A stretch of 64,000 nucleotides of DNA. Source: Prochlorococcaceae cyanobacterium. GTDB taxonomy: Bacteria > Cyanobacteriota > Cyanobacteriia > PCC-6307 > Cyanobiaceae. The stretch is taken from NCBI GenBank assembly GCA_044347105.1, contig JBIIXY010000001.1, positions 19,984 through 83,983 on the forward strand. Reading direction: 5' to 3'. The position numbers and the translations under genes were made by a program. The notes beneath the pieces were generated by a model. It worked only from the letters and a program-made list of their open reading frames with translations. It was not told the DNA's origin and ran no database searches. Below, piece by piece: positions 52,926 to 62,104 of the stretch; within the stretch, counting starts at the first letter, position 1, and every line of letters begins with the position of its first letter.

Positions 52926-53876
52926 CTACCCCGGCTGCCCGCTGCTGCGATCTGGCTCAACGCTGCCCCAGTAGGGCGCGGTGAACAGGTCCACCCGCCG
53001 GCGGGTGTCCGCCGGCACCTCATCCTTCGGGGTCATCAGGGCATGGCGCAGGGCCCGGTGCGAGCCGCTGGCGGGGCGCTGGGCGCCGATGCGCTCGGCG
53101 GCCATGCGCACGATCTCCTGGGCCAGGCTGGCATTGCTGCGCAGGTTTTCGATCACCATCTCCACGGTCACCGAGGCGTGCTCCTGGTGCCAGCAGTCGT
53201 AGTCGGTGACCATCGCCAGGGTGGCGTAGGCCATTTCGGCTTCCCGTGCCAAGCGGGCTTCGGTGTGGTTGGTCATGCCGATCACGCTGCAGCCCCAGCT
53301 GCGGTAGAGCTCCGATTCAGCCCGGGTGGAGAAGGCGGGTCCCTCCATGCAGAGGTAGGTGCCGCCGCGGTGCAGGGTGCGGCCTTCGGGCATCAGGCTT
53401 TCGCCCACGTCGGCCAGCAGGCGGCTGAGGGTGGGGCAGAAGGGATCGGCATGGGTCACGTGGGCTACCACGCCGTCACCGAAGAAGGTGAGCGGCCGCT
53501 GGTGGGTGCGGTCGATGAACTGGTCGGGCACCAGCATGTCGAGGGGGCGCACCTGGTCCTGCAAGGAGCCCACGGCTGACACCGACAGGATCCAGCGCAC
53601 GCCCAGGGAGCGCAGGGCCCAGAGGTTGGCCCGGTAGGGCACCTCGCTGGGCGTGTAGCTGTGATGGCGGCCGTGGCGGGCCAGGAACACCACCTCCAGG
53701 TCGCCGATCCGGCCCAGGCGCAGGCTGTCTGAGGGCGGCCCGAAGGGCGTGTCCACGCTGATGTCGCGCACCTCATCAAGGCCCTCCATGGCGTAGAGCC
53801 CGCTGCCGCCGAGCACACCCAGGCGGGCCTGGCTCAGATCGGGGGGAGAGGCGGGCGAAGGTGAAGCAGTGCTCAT
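52926..53876 (-). CDS. mtnP: S-methyl-5'-thioadenosine phosphorylase
   Basis: 316 aa; [26 protein letters not shown] fold motifs. Confidence 0.9.
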   Translation of the reverse strand: MSTASPSPASPPDLSQARLGVLGGSGLYAMEGLDEVRDISVDTPFGPPSDSLRLGRIGDLEVVFLARHGRHHSYTPSEVPYRANLWALRSLGVRWILSVSAVGSLQDQVRPLDMLVPDQFIDRTHQRPLTFFGDGVVAHVTHADPFCPTLSRLLADVGESLMPEGRTLHRGGTYLCMEGPAFSTRAESELYRSWGCSVIGMTNHTEARLAREAEMAYATLAMVTDYDCWHQEHASVTVEMVIENLRSNASLAQEIVRMAAERIGAQRPASGSHRALRHALMTPKDEVPADTRRRVDLFTAPYWGSVEPDRSSGQPG

Positions 53877-53953
53877 CGGGGCGGCGGCAGGGCGGTGCGA
53901 CCCTCCATTTTCAGCACGGCCCCATACAGTCGGCTTTTGCGCCGCCCCAGCCC

Positions 53954-54394
53954 GTGACCAAAGCCCTGATGGACACCGACGCCGGCACGATCGAACTGGA
54001 GCTGTTCGACGCCGACGCCCCCAACACCGTGGCCAATTTCGTGAAGCTGGCCAAGGACGGCTTCTACGACGGCCTGGCCTTCCACCGGGTGATCCCCGGC
54101 TTCATGGCCCAGGGGGGGTGCCCCAACAGCCGCGAGGGCTCCCGCGGCATGGCCGGCACCGGCGGTCCCGGTTACATGATCGATTGCGAGATCAACAGCC
54201 AGAAGCACCAGGCCGGCACCCTGGCCATGGCCCACGCCGGCCGCAACACCGGCGGCTCGCAGTTCTACATCTGCCATGAGGCCCAGCCCCACCTGGACGG
54301 CATGCACACCGTGTTCGGTCTCACCGGCAACATGGATGTGGTGCTCGCACTGAAGAACGGCAGCCGCATCAACAAGGTGACGATTCAGGACTGA
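53954..54394 (+). CDS. Peptidyl-prolyl cis-trans isomerase (cyclophilin type)
   Basis: ORF 53861..54394; GTG 53954 ([18 protein letters not shown]) or ATG 53969; [32 protein letters not shown]. Confidence 0.9.
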   Translation: MTKALMDTDAGTIELELFDADAPNTVANFVKLAKDGFYDGLAFHRVIPGFMAQGGCPNSREGSRGMAGTGGPGYMIDCEINSQKHQAGTLAMAHAGRNTGGSQFYICHEAQPHLDGMHTVFGLTGNMDVVLALKNGSRINKVTIQD

Positions 54395-54416
54395 AGTAAC
54401 GATTCAGGACTGAAGT
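54380..54416 (+). repeat. Tandem duplication (18 nt x2, 19 nt period) across the cyclophilin stop codon
   Basis: ACGATTCAGGACTGAAGT at 54380-54397 and 54399-54416; the first copy contains codons T-I-Q-D-stop. Confidence 0.9.
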
Positions 54417-54436
54417 GATGATCGAGCACTGAGCGG

Positions 54437-56149
54437 TCAACGCCACACCAGGAAGGAGCCCGGTTCCAGGCGCAGCCTCGCCAGTGCGGGGGGGCTGCCC
54501 GACCCCGTCGCATCCTGCAGCTCGGCCAGGGGACGCTGTTCGGGCTCCAGATCAGCCCGGGGATGGCTGCTCTGTTCCACGGCCGGAGCCAGCATCAGGC
54601 TGAGACGCTGGGTGCCAGGCCAGCGGGCCAGCTCAGCAATGGCTTGCACCGCCGCTGTGCTGCAGCAGTCCTCGCTGTCCAGTCCGTTCAGCAGCAGAGT
54701 GAGCCGGGGGCTGTTGAGCAGTGCCAGCAGGCGCACGTCCGGTTCGGCCTCCAGCCGCAGCCCCTGTTCAACAGCCCAGCTGTGAAGGCGATCGCGGCGT
54801 GCGGCCAGCTCCCGCTCACTGGCCTGGCCATGCCAGGCCAGCACCACCGAAGGCCCGCCGATCGGGCAGGAAGGGCCTTCCCCCATGAGGTGGCCCAGCT
54901 TGGCGCGCTTGGTGGCCAGGTAGGCGGCGTTGTGGTCGCTGGGGTCCATCACCAGCGGCACCCGGTCTTCCACCTGCAGGCCGTAGCCGCCCAGACCGGC
55001 GATCTTGCGGGGGTTGTTGGTGATCAGACGCAGCCGATGCACGCCCAGGTCGCTGAGGATCTGCGCCCCCACGCCGTAGTTGCGCAGGTCGGCGGGAAAG
55101 CCGAGGCGCTCATTGGCCTCCACCGTGTCGAGGCCGGTGTCCTGCAGGGAATAGGCCCTGAGCTTGTTGATCAGGCCGATGCCGCGTCCCTCCTGGCGCA
55201 GGTACACCACCACCCCTTCGCCGGCCGCCTCGATCATGCGCAACGCGGCCTCCAGCTGGGGCCGGCAGTCGCAGCGCAGCGAGCCGAAGGCATCACCGGT
55301 GAGGCATTCGCTGTGTACGCGCACCAGCACGGGCCCGGCGGCGGCTTCCGGATGCCCCTTCACGATCGCCACGTGCTCGCTGCCGTCGAGTTCGTTGCGA
55401 TAGCCGATGGCGCGGAAATCGCCGAAGGCGCTCGGCAGGGTGGCCTCCGCCTGCCGGCGCACGAAACGCTCGGTGTCGAGCCGGTAGCGGATCAGATCGG
55501 CGATCGAGATCAGCCTCAGGCCGTGGCGCTGGGCATAGGCCGCCAGCTGGGGCAGCCGGGCCATCGACCCGTCGGTGTTCTGGATCTCACAGATCACGCC
55601 CGCGGGATAGAGGCCCGCCAGCCGGGCCAGGTCCACCGCCGCCTCGGTGTGGCCCGCCCGCTTGAGCACACCCCCTTGGCGTGCGCGCAGCGGAAAGATG
55701 TGCCCTGGGCGGCGCAGGTCGGCCGGGCGGGTGTGGGGATGGATCGTCACCTGGATGGTGCGCGCCCGATCCTCGGCCGAGATCCCTGTGCTCACCCCGT
55801 TTTCTGGGCCCGCGTCCACGCTCACGGTGAAGGCGGTCTGGTTCTCATCGGTGTTGCGATCCACCATCAGGGGCAGATCAAGGGCATCCAGGCGCTCCCC
55901 CTCCATTGCCAGGCAGATCAGGCCCCGGGCCTCGGTGGCCATGAAGTTGATCTGCTCAGGGGTGGCGAACTGGGCGGCGCAGATCAAATCGCCTTCGTTT
56001 TCCCGGTTCTCGTCGTCCACCACCACGACCGACTCGCCGTTGCGGATGGCCGCCAGGGCATCGGCGATGGCGTCGAAGCGGATGGTGTCCTCAACCCGGG
56101 CGGCGGTGCTGTCGAGGATCGATGGGCCCAGGGATGTCAACGGCAGCAC
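54437..56149 (-). CDS. ribBA: Bifunctional DHBP synthase / GTP cyclohydrolase II (RibBA) with C-terminal extension
   Basis: 570 aa, GTG start; RibB part [15 protein letters not shown], RibA part [17 protein letters not shown]; extra 148 aa after ..KRAKLGHLM. Confidence 0.9.
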   Translation of the reverse strand: MLPLTSLGPSILDSTAARVEDTIRFDAIADALAAIRNGESVVVVDDENRENEGDLICAAQFATPEQINFMATEARGLICLAMEGERLDALDLPLMVDRNTDENQTAFTVSVDAGPENGVSTGISAEDRARTIQVTIHPHTRPADLRRPGHIFPLRARQGGVLKRAGHTEAAVDLARLAGLYPAGVICEIQNTDGSMARLPQLAAYAQRHGLRLISIADLIRYRLDTERFVRRQAEATLPSAFGDFRAIGYRNELDGSEHVAIVKGHPEAAAGPVLVRVHSECLTGDAFGSLRCDCRPQLEAALRMIEAAGEGVVVYLRQEGRGIGLINKLRAYSLQDTGLDTVEANERLGFPADLRNYGVGAQILSDLGVHRLRLITNNPRKIAGLGGYGLQVEDRVPLVMDPSDHNAAYLATKRAKLGHLMGEGPSCPIGGPSVVLAWHGQASERELAARRDRLHSWAVEQGLRLEAEPDVRLLALLNSPRLTLLLNGLDSEDCCSTAAVQAIAELARWPGTQRLSLMLAPAVEQSSHPRADLEPEQRPLAELQDATGSGSPPALARLRLEPGSFLVWR

Positions 56150-56222
56150 TGGCGGCAGCGGTGGCCGGTTCGGCCACAGCTCAAGGATCCTTTATAAATC
56201 CCAGCACGTGAGATCACGGGCC

Positions 56223-57299
56223 ATGGCCAGCTCCTCCACCAGTCAGCGCGTCGCTGTGATCGGTGCCAGCGGCTATGGGGGGCTCCAGACCCTTCGCCTG
56301 CTGCAGAGCCATCCCAGCCTGGAGGTGACCTTTCTCGGCGGCGAGCGCAGCAGCGGCAAACGCTGGAGTGAACTCACCCCTTTTCTGCCTCTGCCGGGCG
56401 ATCCGGTGGTGCAGGTGCCGGAACCGGACGCGATCGCCGCTGCTGCTGATTTCGCCGTGCTCAGCCTGCCCAATGGCCTGGCGGCCCAGCTGGTGCCCCC
56501 GCTGCTGGAGCGCGGCGTGCGGGTGGTGGACCTCTCCGCCGATTACCGCTACCGCAGCCTCAGCCGCTGGCAGGAGGTGTATGCCACCGAGGCTCGGCAG
56601 CTGGAGCGCGCTGACGCCGACCTCTGCAGCGAAGCGGTGTACGGACTGCCGGAGTGGTACGCCGAACCGATCGCGACGGCGCGCCTGGTGGCCGCTCCCG
56701 GCTGTTTCCCCACGGCGTCTCTACTGGGACTGCTGCCCTTCCTCAAGCAGGGCCTGGTGGAGGCCGCTGGAATCGTGATCGACGCCAAGACTGGAACCAG
56801 TGGCGGCGGCAGGGCCGCCAAGGAGCACCTGCTGCTGGCTGAAGCCGCCGAATCGGTGGCTCCCTATGGCGTGGTGGGCCACCGCCACACCAGCGAGATC
56901 GAACAGATCGCCAGCCAGGTGGCCGGCCAGGACATCCAATTGCAGTTCACCCCGCACCTGATGCCGATGGTGCGTGGCCTGCTGGCCACGGTGTACTGCC
57001 GCCTGCGTGACCCCGGCCTCACCGCGGAGGATTGCTCCACCCTGCTGTGTTCCGCCTATCGCCATTCCCCCTTTGTGGAGGTGCTTCCGGTGGGCACCTA
57101 TCCCTCCACCAAGTGGGTGCGCCAGACCAACCGGGCCCTGTATTCGGTGCAGGTGGATCAACGCACAGGCCAGCTGATCGTGATGGGCGCAGTGGACAAC
57201 CTGGTGAAAGGACAGGCGGGCCAGGGGGTGCAATGCCTCAACCTGATGGCCGGTCTGGAAGCCACCACGGGCCTGCCCCTGTTGCCGTTCTATCCCTGA
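56223..57299 (+). CDS. argC: N-acetyl-gamma-glutamyl-phosphate reductase
   Basis: ATG 56223 in frame in ORF 55647..57299; VAVIGASGYGG, catalytic APGCFPTA. Confidence 0.95.
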   Translation: MASSSTSQRVAVIGASGYGGLQTLRLLQSHPSLEVTFLGGERSSGKRWSELTPFLPLPGDPVVQVPEPDAIAAAADFAVLSLPNGLAAQLVPPLLERGVRVVDLSADYRYRSLSRWQEVYATEARQLERADADLCSEAVYGLPEWYAEPIATARLVAAPGCFPTASLLGLLPFLKQGLVEAAGIVIDAKTGTSGGGRAAKEHLLLAEAAESVAPYGVVGHRHTSEIEQIASQVAGQDIQLQFTPHLMPMVRGLLATVYCRLRDPGLTAEDCSTLLCSAYRHSPFVEVLPVGTYPSTKWVRQTNRALYSVQVDQRTGQLIVMGAVDNLVKGQAGQGVQCLNLMAGLEATTGLPLLPFYP

Positions 57300-57928
57300 G
57301 GAAGGCCCTGCGAGGGGAACAAACCCAGCCGCTCGGCCGCCAGCTGCACCGCCAGGGGCAGGATCCGGTGCTCCTGCTGGTGGATGCGCTGGCTGAGGCT
57401 GTCCACGTCATCGTCCGCCAGCACCGGCACCGCCGCCTGCACCAGGATGGGGCCGGCGTCCACCTCCTCGGTGACCAGGTGGGCGGTGCAGCCTGTGAGG
57501 GTCACGCCGGCCTCCAGGGCCTGGGCCGCCGCACGCATGCCCCGGAAGCTGGGGAGCAGGGAGGGGTGAATGTTCACCAGTCGCTCGGGAAAAGCGCCGA
57601 TCAGCACCGGCGTGACCACGCGCATCCAGCCGGCCATCACCACAAGATCAATGGCGTGCTGTTGGAAGAGCGTGATCAGGGCCCGATCGAGATCCTCCCG
57701 GCTGCCATGGCCGCGATGGTCCAGCACCTGCCAGGGAACACCAAGCCGCTTGGCCCGCCCGATCGCCGCACAGTCGGGGTTGTTCACCACCAGCAGCGCC
57801 ACCGCGCCCTGGGGACTGCCCGCCCGGCAGCCCCGAACCAGGGCCTCAAAGTTGCTGCCATTGCCCGAAGCCATCACCGCCAGGCGAACGGCGGCCGGGC
57901 TGCCCGCGGGATTGGCGGGCTGTGGCAT
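57290..57928 (-). CDS. purN: Phosphoribosylglycinamide formyltransferase
   Basis: ATG 57928 in ORF 57290..58372; 212 aa; VMASGNGSNFEAL, NIHPSLLPSF, HLVTEEVDAGPIL. Confidence 0.9.
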   Translation of the reverse strand: MPQPANPAGSPAAVRLAVMASGNGSNFEALVRGCRAGSPQGAVALLVVNNPDCAAIGRAKRLGVPWQVLDHRGHGSREDLDRALITLFQQHAIDLVVMAGWMRVVTPVLIGAFPERLVNIHPSLLPSFRGMRAAAQALEAGVTLTGCTAHLVTEEVDAGPILVQAAVPVLADDDVDSLSQRIHQQEHRILPLAVQLAAERLGLFPSQGLPQG

Positions 57929-57985
57929 TGGCCACTGGACGGAACAGTCAGGGTGGCTAGGGTCTGGAAAAGCGGGCATCTGTCC

Positions 57986-58330
57986 ATGTCCCATCTCTCC
58001 ATCCTGCCCACCGTGCTGCATGACGCCGACCTGTTGGCGGCCAGTCTTGTGGGGCTCGGGTTGCAGCCTGTCTGGGGCGGATACCTGGAAGGATTCGCCG
58101 GAGAGCGGCAAGCGGTGTTGCTGCAGGTGCGGTGCGGGTCGGGGCACTGCCTGGGCTGGCGCCGCCAGGCCGACGGCTCCCTGGCCCTGGTGGGTGACCT
58201 GCAGCGCCTCAGCCACAGTGGGAACGTGCAGCGGCTTCTGGCCCGCATCACCCGCCGGTATGCCGCCAACAGCGCGCTGGCCGATGCCCGGCGCCACATC
58301 CCCGATGCCCAGGTGAGCCTCAGCGCCTGA
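57986..58330 (+). CDS. DUF1257 (Ycf35-like) protein
   Basis: ATG 57986 in frame in ORF 57032..58330; MSHLSILPTVLHDADLLAASLVGLGL start typical of DUF1257. Confidence 0.75.
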   Translation: MSHLSILPTVLHDADLLAASLVGLGLQPVWGGYLEGFAGERQAVLLQVRCGSGHCLGWRRQADGSLALVGDLQRLSHSGNVQRLLARITRRYAANSALADARRHIPDAQVSLSA

Positions 58331-58343
58331 TTCCCAACCAACG

Positions 58344-60083
58344 GTGAGCGCAGCCACAGCACCCTGCTTCAACCTCGATCTGCGGTCTGCCCAGGCCCAC
58401 CTGGTGGAGGTGGAGCTGACGTTTCTCCCGACCCACCCGGTGCTGCGCTGGGCCCTGCCCGGTTGGACCCCCGGCTCCTACCTGATCCGCGACTATGTGC
58501 GTCAGCTGGAGGGCATGAGCCTCAGCCAACGGGGTGAGGCCATCCCCCTGCGGCGAACCGGTGTGGCTGCGTGGCAGGCGGAGCTGCCCAGCCTGGGGCC
58601 CGTGAACCTGCGCTATCGCCTGATGGCCACTGAGCTCACGGTACGCACCTGCCACCTCACCGCAGAGCACGGCTTTCTCTGTCTGGCCGCCGTGGCTGTG
58701 GCGGTGGAGGGCCTGCGCTGGCAGCCCCACCAGCTGCGCCTCAGCCTGCCGGCTGACTGGGACGCCTTTGTGGCTCTGCCCCGCGGTGCTGATGGCCACT
58801 GGCTGGCCGCTGATTTCGACCAGTTGCTGGACAGTCCTGTGGAGGTGGGGCCCCACAGGGAGCATTCTTTCGCTGTGGCCGGCATTCCCCACCGCTGGGT
58901 GAGTTGGGGAACCACCTTGAGCGGTGACGATCCGGTCGTGGCCGACGACCAGTTGCTCGCCGATGTGGAGCGGGTGTGTCTGGCCTGTTGCCGGCTGATG
59001 GGAGTGGAGCGGCCGGCGGCCGACCATTACCTGTTCGTGCTCCATCTCACGGAGTCCGGCTATGGCGGTCTGGAACACGATTGCAGCAGCGTGCTGCAGT
59101 TCGGCCGGCGCAAACTGGCGGATGCGGAGGGTCGCCGCCGGTTCCTGCAGCTGGTGGCCCATGAATACCTGCACCAGTGGAATGTGCGCCGCTTGCGGCC
59201 CGCCGAGCTGGTTCCCTACGATTACCACCAGCCCGTGGTTGTGCCCAGCCTCTGGTTCGCCGAGGGGGTGACCAGTTATGTGGACCAGTTGCTGCCGCAC
59301 GCCGCCGGCATCAGTACGCCCGAGGCGGTGCTTAGCGATCTGGGCAGCGACCTCAACCGCTACCGACTCACCCCCGGCCGCCGGGTGCAGAGCCTGCGTC
59401 TGAGCAGCCAGGAAGCCTGGGTGAAGCTCTACAAACCCGATGCCTATTCGGCCAACAGTCAGGTGAGCTACTACCTCAAGGGGGCTGTGGTGGCCCTGGT
59501 GCTGGACCTGCACCTGCGCCGATCCGGCAGCTGCCTGCCGTCCGTGCTGCGTCAGCTGTGGCGCAGCCATGGCCGCTGGGGGAGGGGCTACCGGGAAGCG
59601 GACCTGCTGGCGGCGTTCACGGCCGCCGCAGCCGATCTCGCCCAGCTCCTGCCCGGCTGGCTGGAGGGCACGGACGACCCCGACCTCGACAGCTATCTGG
59701 CCGATGTGGGTCTCACCCTCCAGCCCCACCAGGCCGAGGCCCCCTGGCTGGGTTGGCAGCTGGAGCTCACGCCCGCAGGCCTGCAGTTGCAGCGCGTGCT
59801 GCGGGGCGGGCCGGCGGAGACGGCCGGATTGCTGGTGGGTGATGAGCTGATTGCCCTGGCGGGGCAGCGGCTTCGACGGCCGGACGATCTGCCACCCCTG
59901 TTGGCGGCTCAGAAAAGTGGTACACCACTGCCATTACATTTCGTACGAGATGGCAGGCTGCGCAGCACCAGCGTGAGGCCTGGCTCCCCCCAGGTCGAGC
60001 GTTGGAGTCTGGAACCTCTGCCTGAGGTCACGGACACCATGCTTCAGCGTCGTGAACGCTGGCTTGCCCTGGAGGCCCTTTGA
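58344..60083 (+). CDS. M61 family metallopeptidase with C-terminal PDZ domain
   Basis: 579 aa; zinc motif HEYLHQWNVRRLRP; PDZ-like GLLVGDELIALAGQRL. Confidence 0.8.
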   Translation: MSAATAPCFNLDLRSAQAHLVEVELTFLPTHPVLRWALPGWTPGSYLIRDYVRQLEGMSLSQRGEAIPLRRTGVAAWQAELPSLGPVNLRYRLMATELTVRTCHLTAEHGFLCLAAVAVAVEGLRWQPHQLRLSLPADWDAFVALPRGADGHWLAADFDQLLDSPVEVGPHREHSFAVAGIPHRWVSWGTTLSGDDPVVADDQLLADVERVCLACCRLMGVERPAADHYLFVLHLTESGYGGLEHDCSSVLQFGRRKLADAEGRRRFLQLVAHEYLHQWNVRRLRPAELVPYDYHQPVVVPSLWFAEGVTSYVDQLLPHAAGISTPEAVLSDLGSDLNRYRLTPGRRVQSLRLSSQEAWVKLYKPDAYSANSQVSYYLKGAVVALVLDLHLRRSGSCLPSVLRQLWRSHGRWGRGYREADLLAAFTAAAADLAQLLPGWLEGTDDPDLDSYLADVGLTLQPHQAEAPWLGWQLELTPAGLQLQRVLRGGPAETAGLLVGDELIALAGQRLRRPDDLPPLLAAQKSGTPLPLHFVRDGRLRSTSVRPGSPQVERWSLEPLPEVTDTMLQRRERWLALEAL

Positions 60084-60952
60084 CCCTGCGGACCCAGCCC
60101 TTGCTCCTTGCCGGCCTGGCAGCGGCTGTGACCGGGCTTGGCAGCATCGGCTGGATGGCCTTCGACCTCACCAGTCAGGCGGGCGCCGGTGAACGGGCAT
60201 CCCTGCTCGATCTGCTCGATGACATCGGCAAACCCGGTGCGGATGCTCCCCCATCCCCCGCCACCACCACGGCACCACCACCGGCCCAGGCCCCCTGGGA
60301 CTCCCCCCTGCGGCAGCAGTGCACCGCGCCGCAGACCCCCCAGCGCCAGCAGCTGCTCACTCTGGTGAACCAGCTGCGCACCTCCCCCCGCCAGGTGAGC
60401 ATCGACCCCACCAACTTCGGTGAACGGTTCAGCCGCGACGCCTTCGGCAATCCCCTCGACCCCACCCCCCGGCTGGTGGTGCTTCACGAGACGGTGAACA
60501 GCATGGGGTCTGCGATCAACACCTTCCGCACTCCCCATCCCCGCGATGAAGACCAGGTGAGTTACCACGCCCTTGTGGGCCGTGATGGAGAGGTGGTGTT
60601 TCTGCTCGATCCCCGCAAGCGGGCTTTCGGCGCGGGCAACTCAGCCTTCCGCGGTCAGTGGGCGATCACCAACCCCAAAGTGGGTGGATCGGTGAACAAT
60701 TTCGCGTTGCACGTGAGCCTGGAAAGCCCCAGGGACGGTGAGAGCGGCGGCCTGCACCACAGCGGCTACACCGCAGCCCAGTACGACGGCCTGGCGGCCC
60801 TGCTGGCCCTGTGGATGCAGACCTTTCCCATCCCCGCAGATCAGATCACCACCCACCGGGCGGTGGATCTGGCCGGCGAGCGCGCCGATCCGCGCAGTTT
60901 TGACTGGAACGCCCTTCAGACTCGCCTCGGTGAGCTCGGGTTGCTCTGCTGA
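60080..60952 (+). CDS. N-acetylmuramoyl-L-alanine amidase (Amidase_2/AmpD-like), membrane-anchored
   Basis: 290 aa; TTG start overlaps the M61 stop; N-terminal TM; LVVLHET ... SYHALVGRDGEV ... NNFALHVSLE ... TTHRAVD ... DPRSFDW. Confidence 0.75.
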   Translation: MTLRTQPLLLAGLAAAVTGLGSIGWMAFDLTSQAGAGERASLLDLLDDIGKPGADAPPSPATTTAPPPAQAPWDSPLRQQCTAPQTPQRQQLLTLVNQLRTSPRQVSIDPTNFGERFSRDAFGNPLDPTPRLVVLHETVNSMGSAINTFRTPHPRDEDQVSYHALVGRDGEVVFLLDPRKRAFGAGNSAFRGQWAITNPKVGGSVNNFALHVSLESPRDGESGGLHHSGYTAAQYDGLAALLALWMQTFPIPADQITTHRAVDLAGERADPRSFDWNALQTRLGELGLLC

Positions 60953-60981
60953 CGCAGCTCCCCCCAACACCAGCCAGCGAA

Positions 60982-61731
60982 TCAGATCAACGGGGAGAGA
61001 ACCGGCTTGCGCTGGCCGTAGAGCAGCACATGCAGCACCGGATCCTGCATCGAACTGAGGATGCGGCGGGGATAGTCGAGTTTGCCGTTGTGCAGATAGG
61101 CCAGCGTGGCCAGCACCTTGGCATCCTTCACACTCCCGCTCGCCTGCAGCATCCGCTGGCCCGGCACATTGAGCTCGCGCTTCAGCCGTGCAAACTTGCC
61201 CACCAGCAGTTCGATGTTGCGCTGGGGATCGAGCAGCTGGTCGCGGGCCCAACCCACCTCTTCCGCTGTGGGATCGGCAGGGAGAAGACCCTGGTGCTGC
61301 ATTTCGCTGATGCCCAGCTGGGCCAGCCCATGGGTGCTGAACAGACCGGAATGGGCTGCGATCGGCAGGTTTTCGCCGGGCTTGGCGTGGCGCATCTCAT
61401 CGAACAGCACCGCTGTGACCAGCATTGGATTGACGTTCTGTTCCCGGCTCAGGCTGAGGATGAGAGGCCGGAGTTCCTCCAGCCGGCTGAGGGCGTGGTT
61501 GCGCAGGGGCTGGAATTGCTCCACGCCGCTACTGAACAGCTGGGCCAGGCGCGGCTGGGGGCCATGAACGCCGAAGCGGCGGCGCAATTCCTGCAGCTCC
61601 TCGGTGCTGAACGCCAGGGGGTCGGCCTGGCTGTGACCGGGATCGATGAGCATCGGCTGGCCGATCCAGGGGCGGGGAGCCGGGGCGCTGTAAGGAACCA
61701 GGCCGCTCAGGGCAAGGGTGCAACCCGCCAT
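60982..61731 (-). CDS. Secreted hypothetical protein, possibly lytic-transglycosylase-like
   Basis: ORF 60982..62043; ATG 61731 (MAGCTLALSGLV..) or upstream GTG 61791/61782; FDEMRH ... FSTHGLAQLGISE vaguely resembles the SLT E...S..G..GLMQ motif. Confidence 0.5.
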   Translation of the reverse strand: MAGCTLALSGLVPYSAPAPRPWIGQPMLIDPGHSQADPLAFSTEELQELRRRFGVHGPQPRLAQLFSSGVEQFQPLRNHALSRLEELRPLILSLSREQNVNPMLVTAVLFDEMRHAKPGENLPIAAHSGLFSTHGLAQLGISEMQHQGLLPADPTAEEVGWARDQLLDPQRNIELLVGKFARLKRELNVPGQRMLQASGSVKDAKVLATLAYLHNGKLDYPRRILSSMQDPVLHVLLYGQRKPVLSPLI

Positions 61732-62104
61732 CCGAAGCAGCCGGCGACTCCGCCTGCTGATCGAGGGCAGCCTCAGCCGGACCAGGGTGACCGTCTGGGT
61801 CTGCTGCCGCAACCGCCTGAGACGACGCACAGCGCTGGAGGGGTTCACGGGGTCAGTCGCCGATTGGCAGGGGCAAAGGGCTGATCTGAGAACACAGGAT
61901 CGGCTGGGTGAACACAGCCAAGGGCGGGCCGATACGCAACCAGAAAAACCTGAAGATCCATGAACCAATCTTAAGGACCCTATGCAACGCTGCTGCCAGC
62001 CTGAAAGGGTCTGCTGACCCCAGCCTGCACCCCTGGCGCCCATGCCGGTCTGCGGGACCCAGCTCTAGGTTTCCTCCAACGTCCACGCTGCCGCTGTCAG
62101 GACC

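Noticed and set aside
56150-56222. FMN riboswitch upstream of ribBA.
   Set aside because: The divergent spacer to argC is only 73 nt, too short for an FMN element, and it lacks the conserved FMN-riboswitch core.
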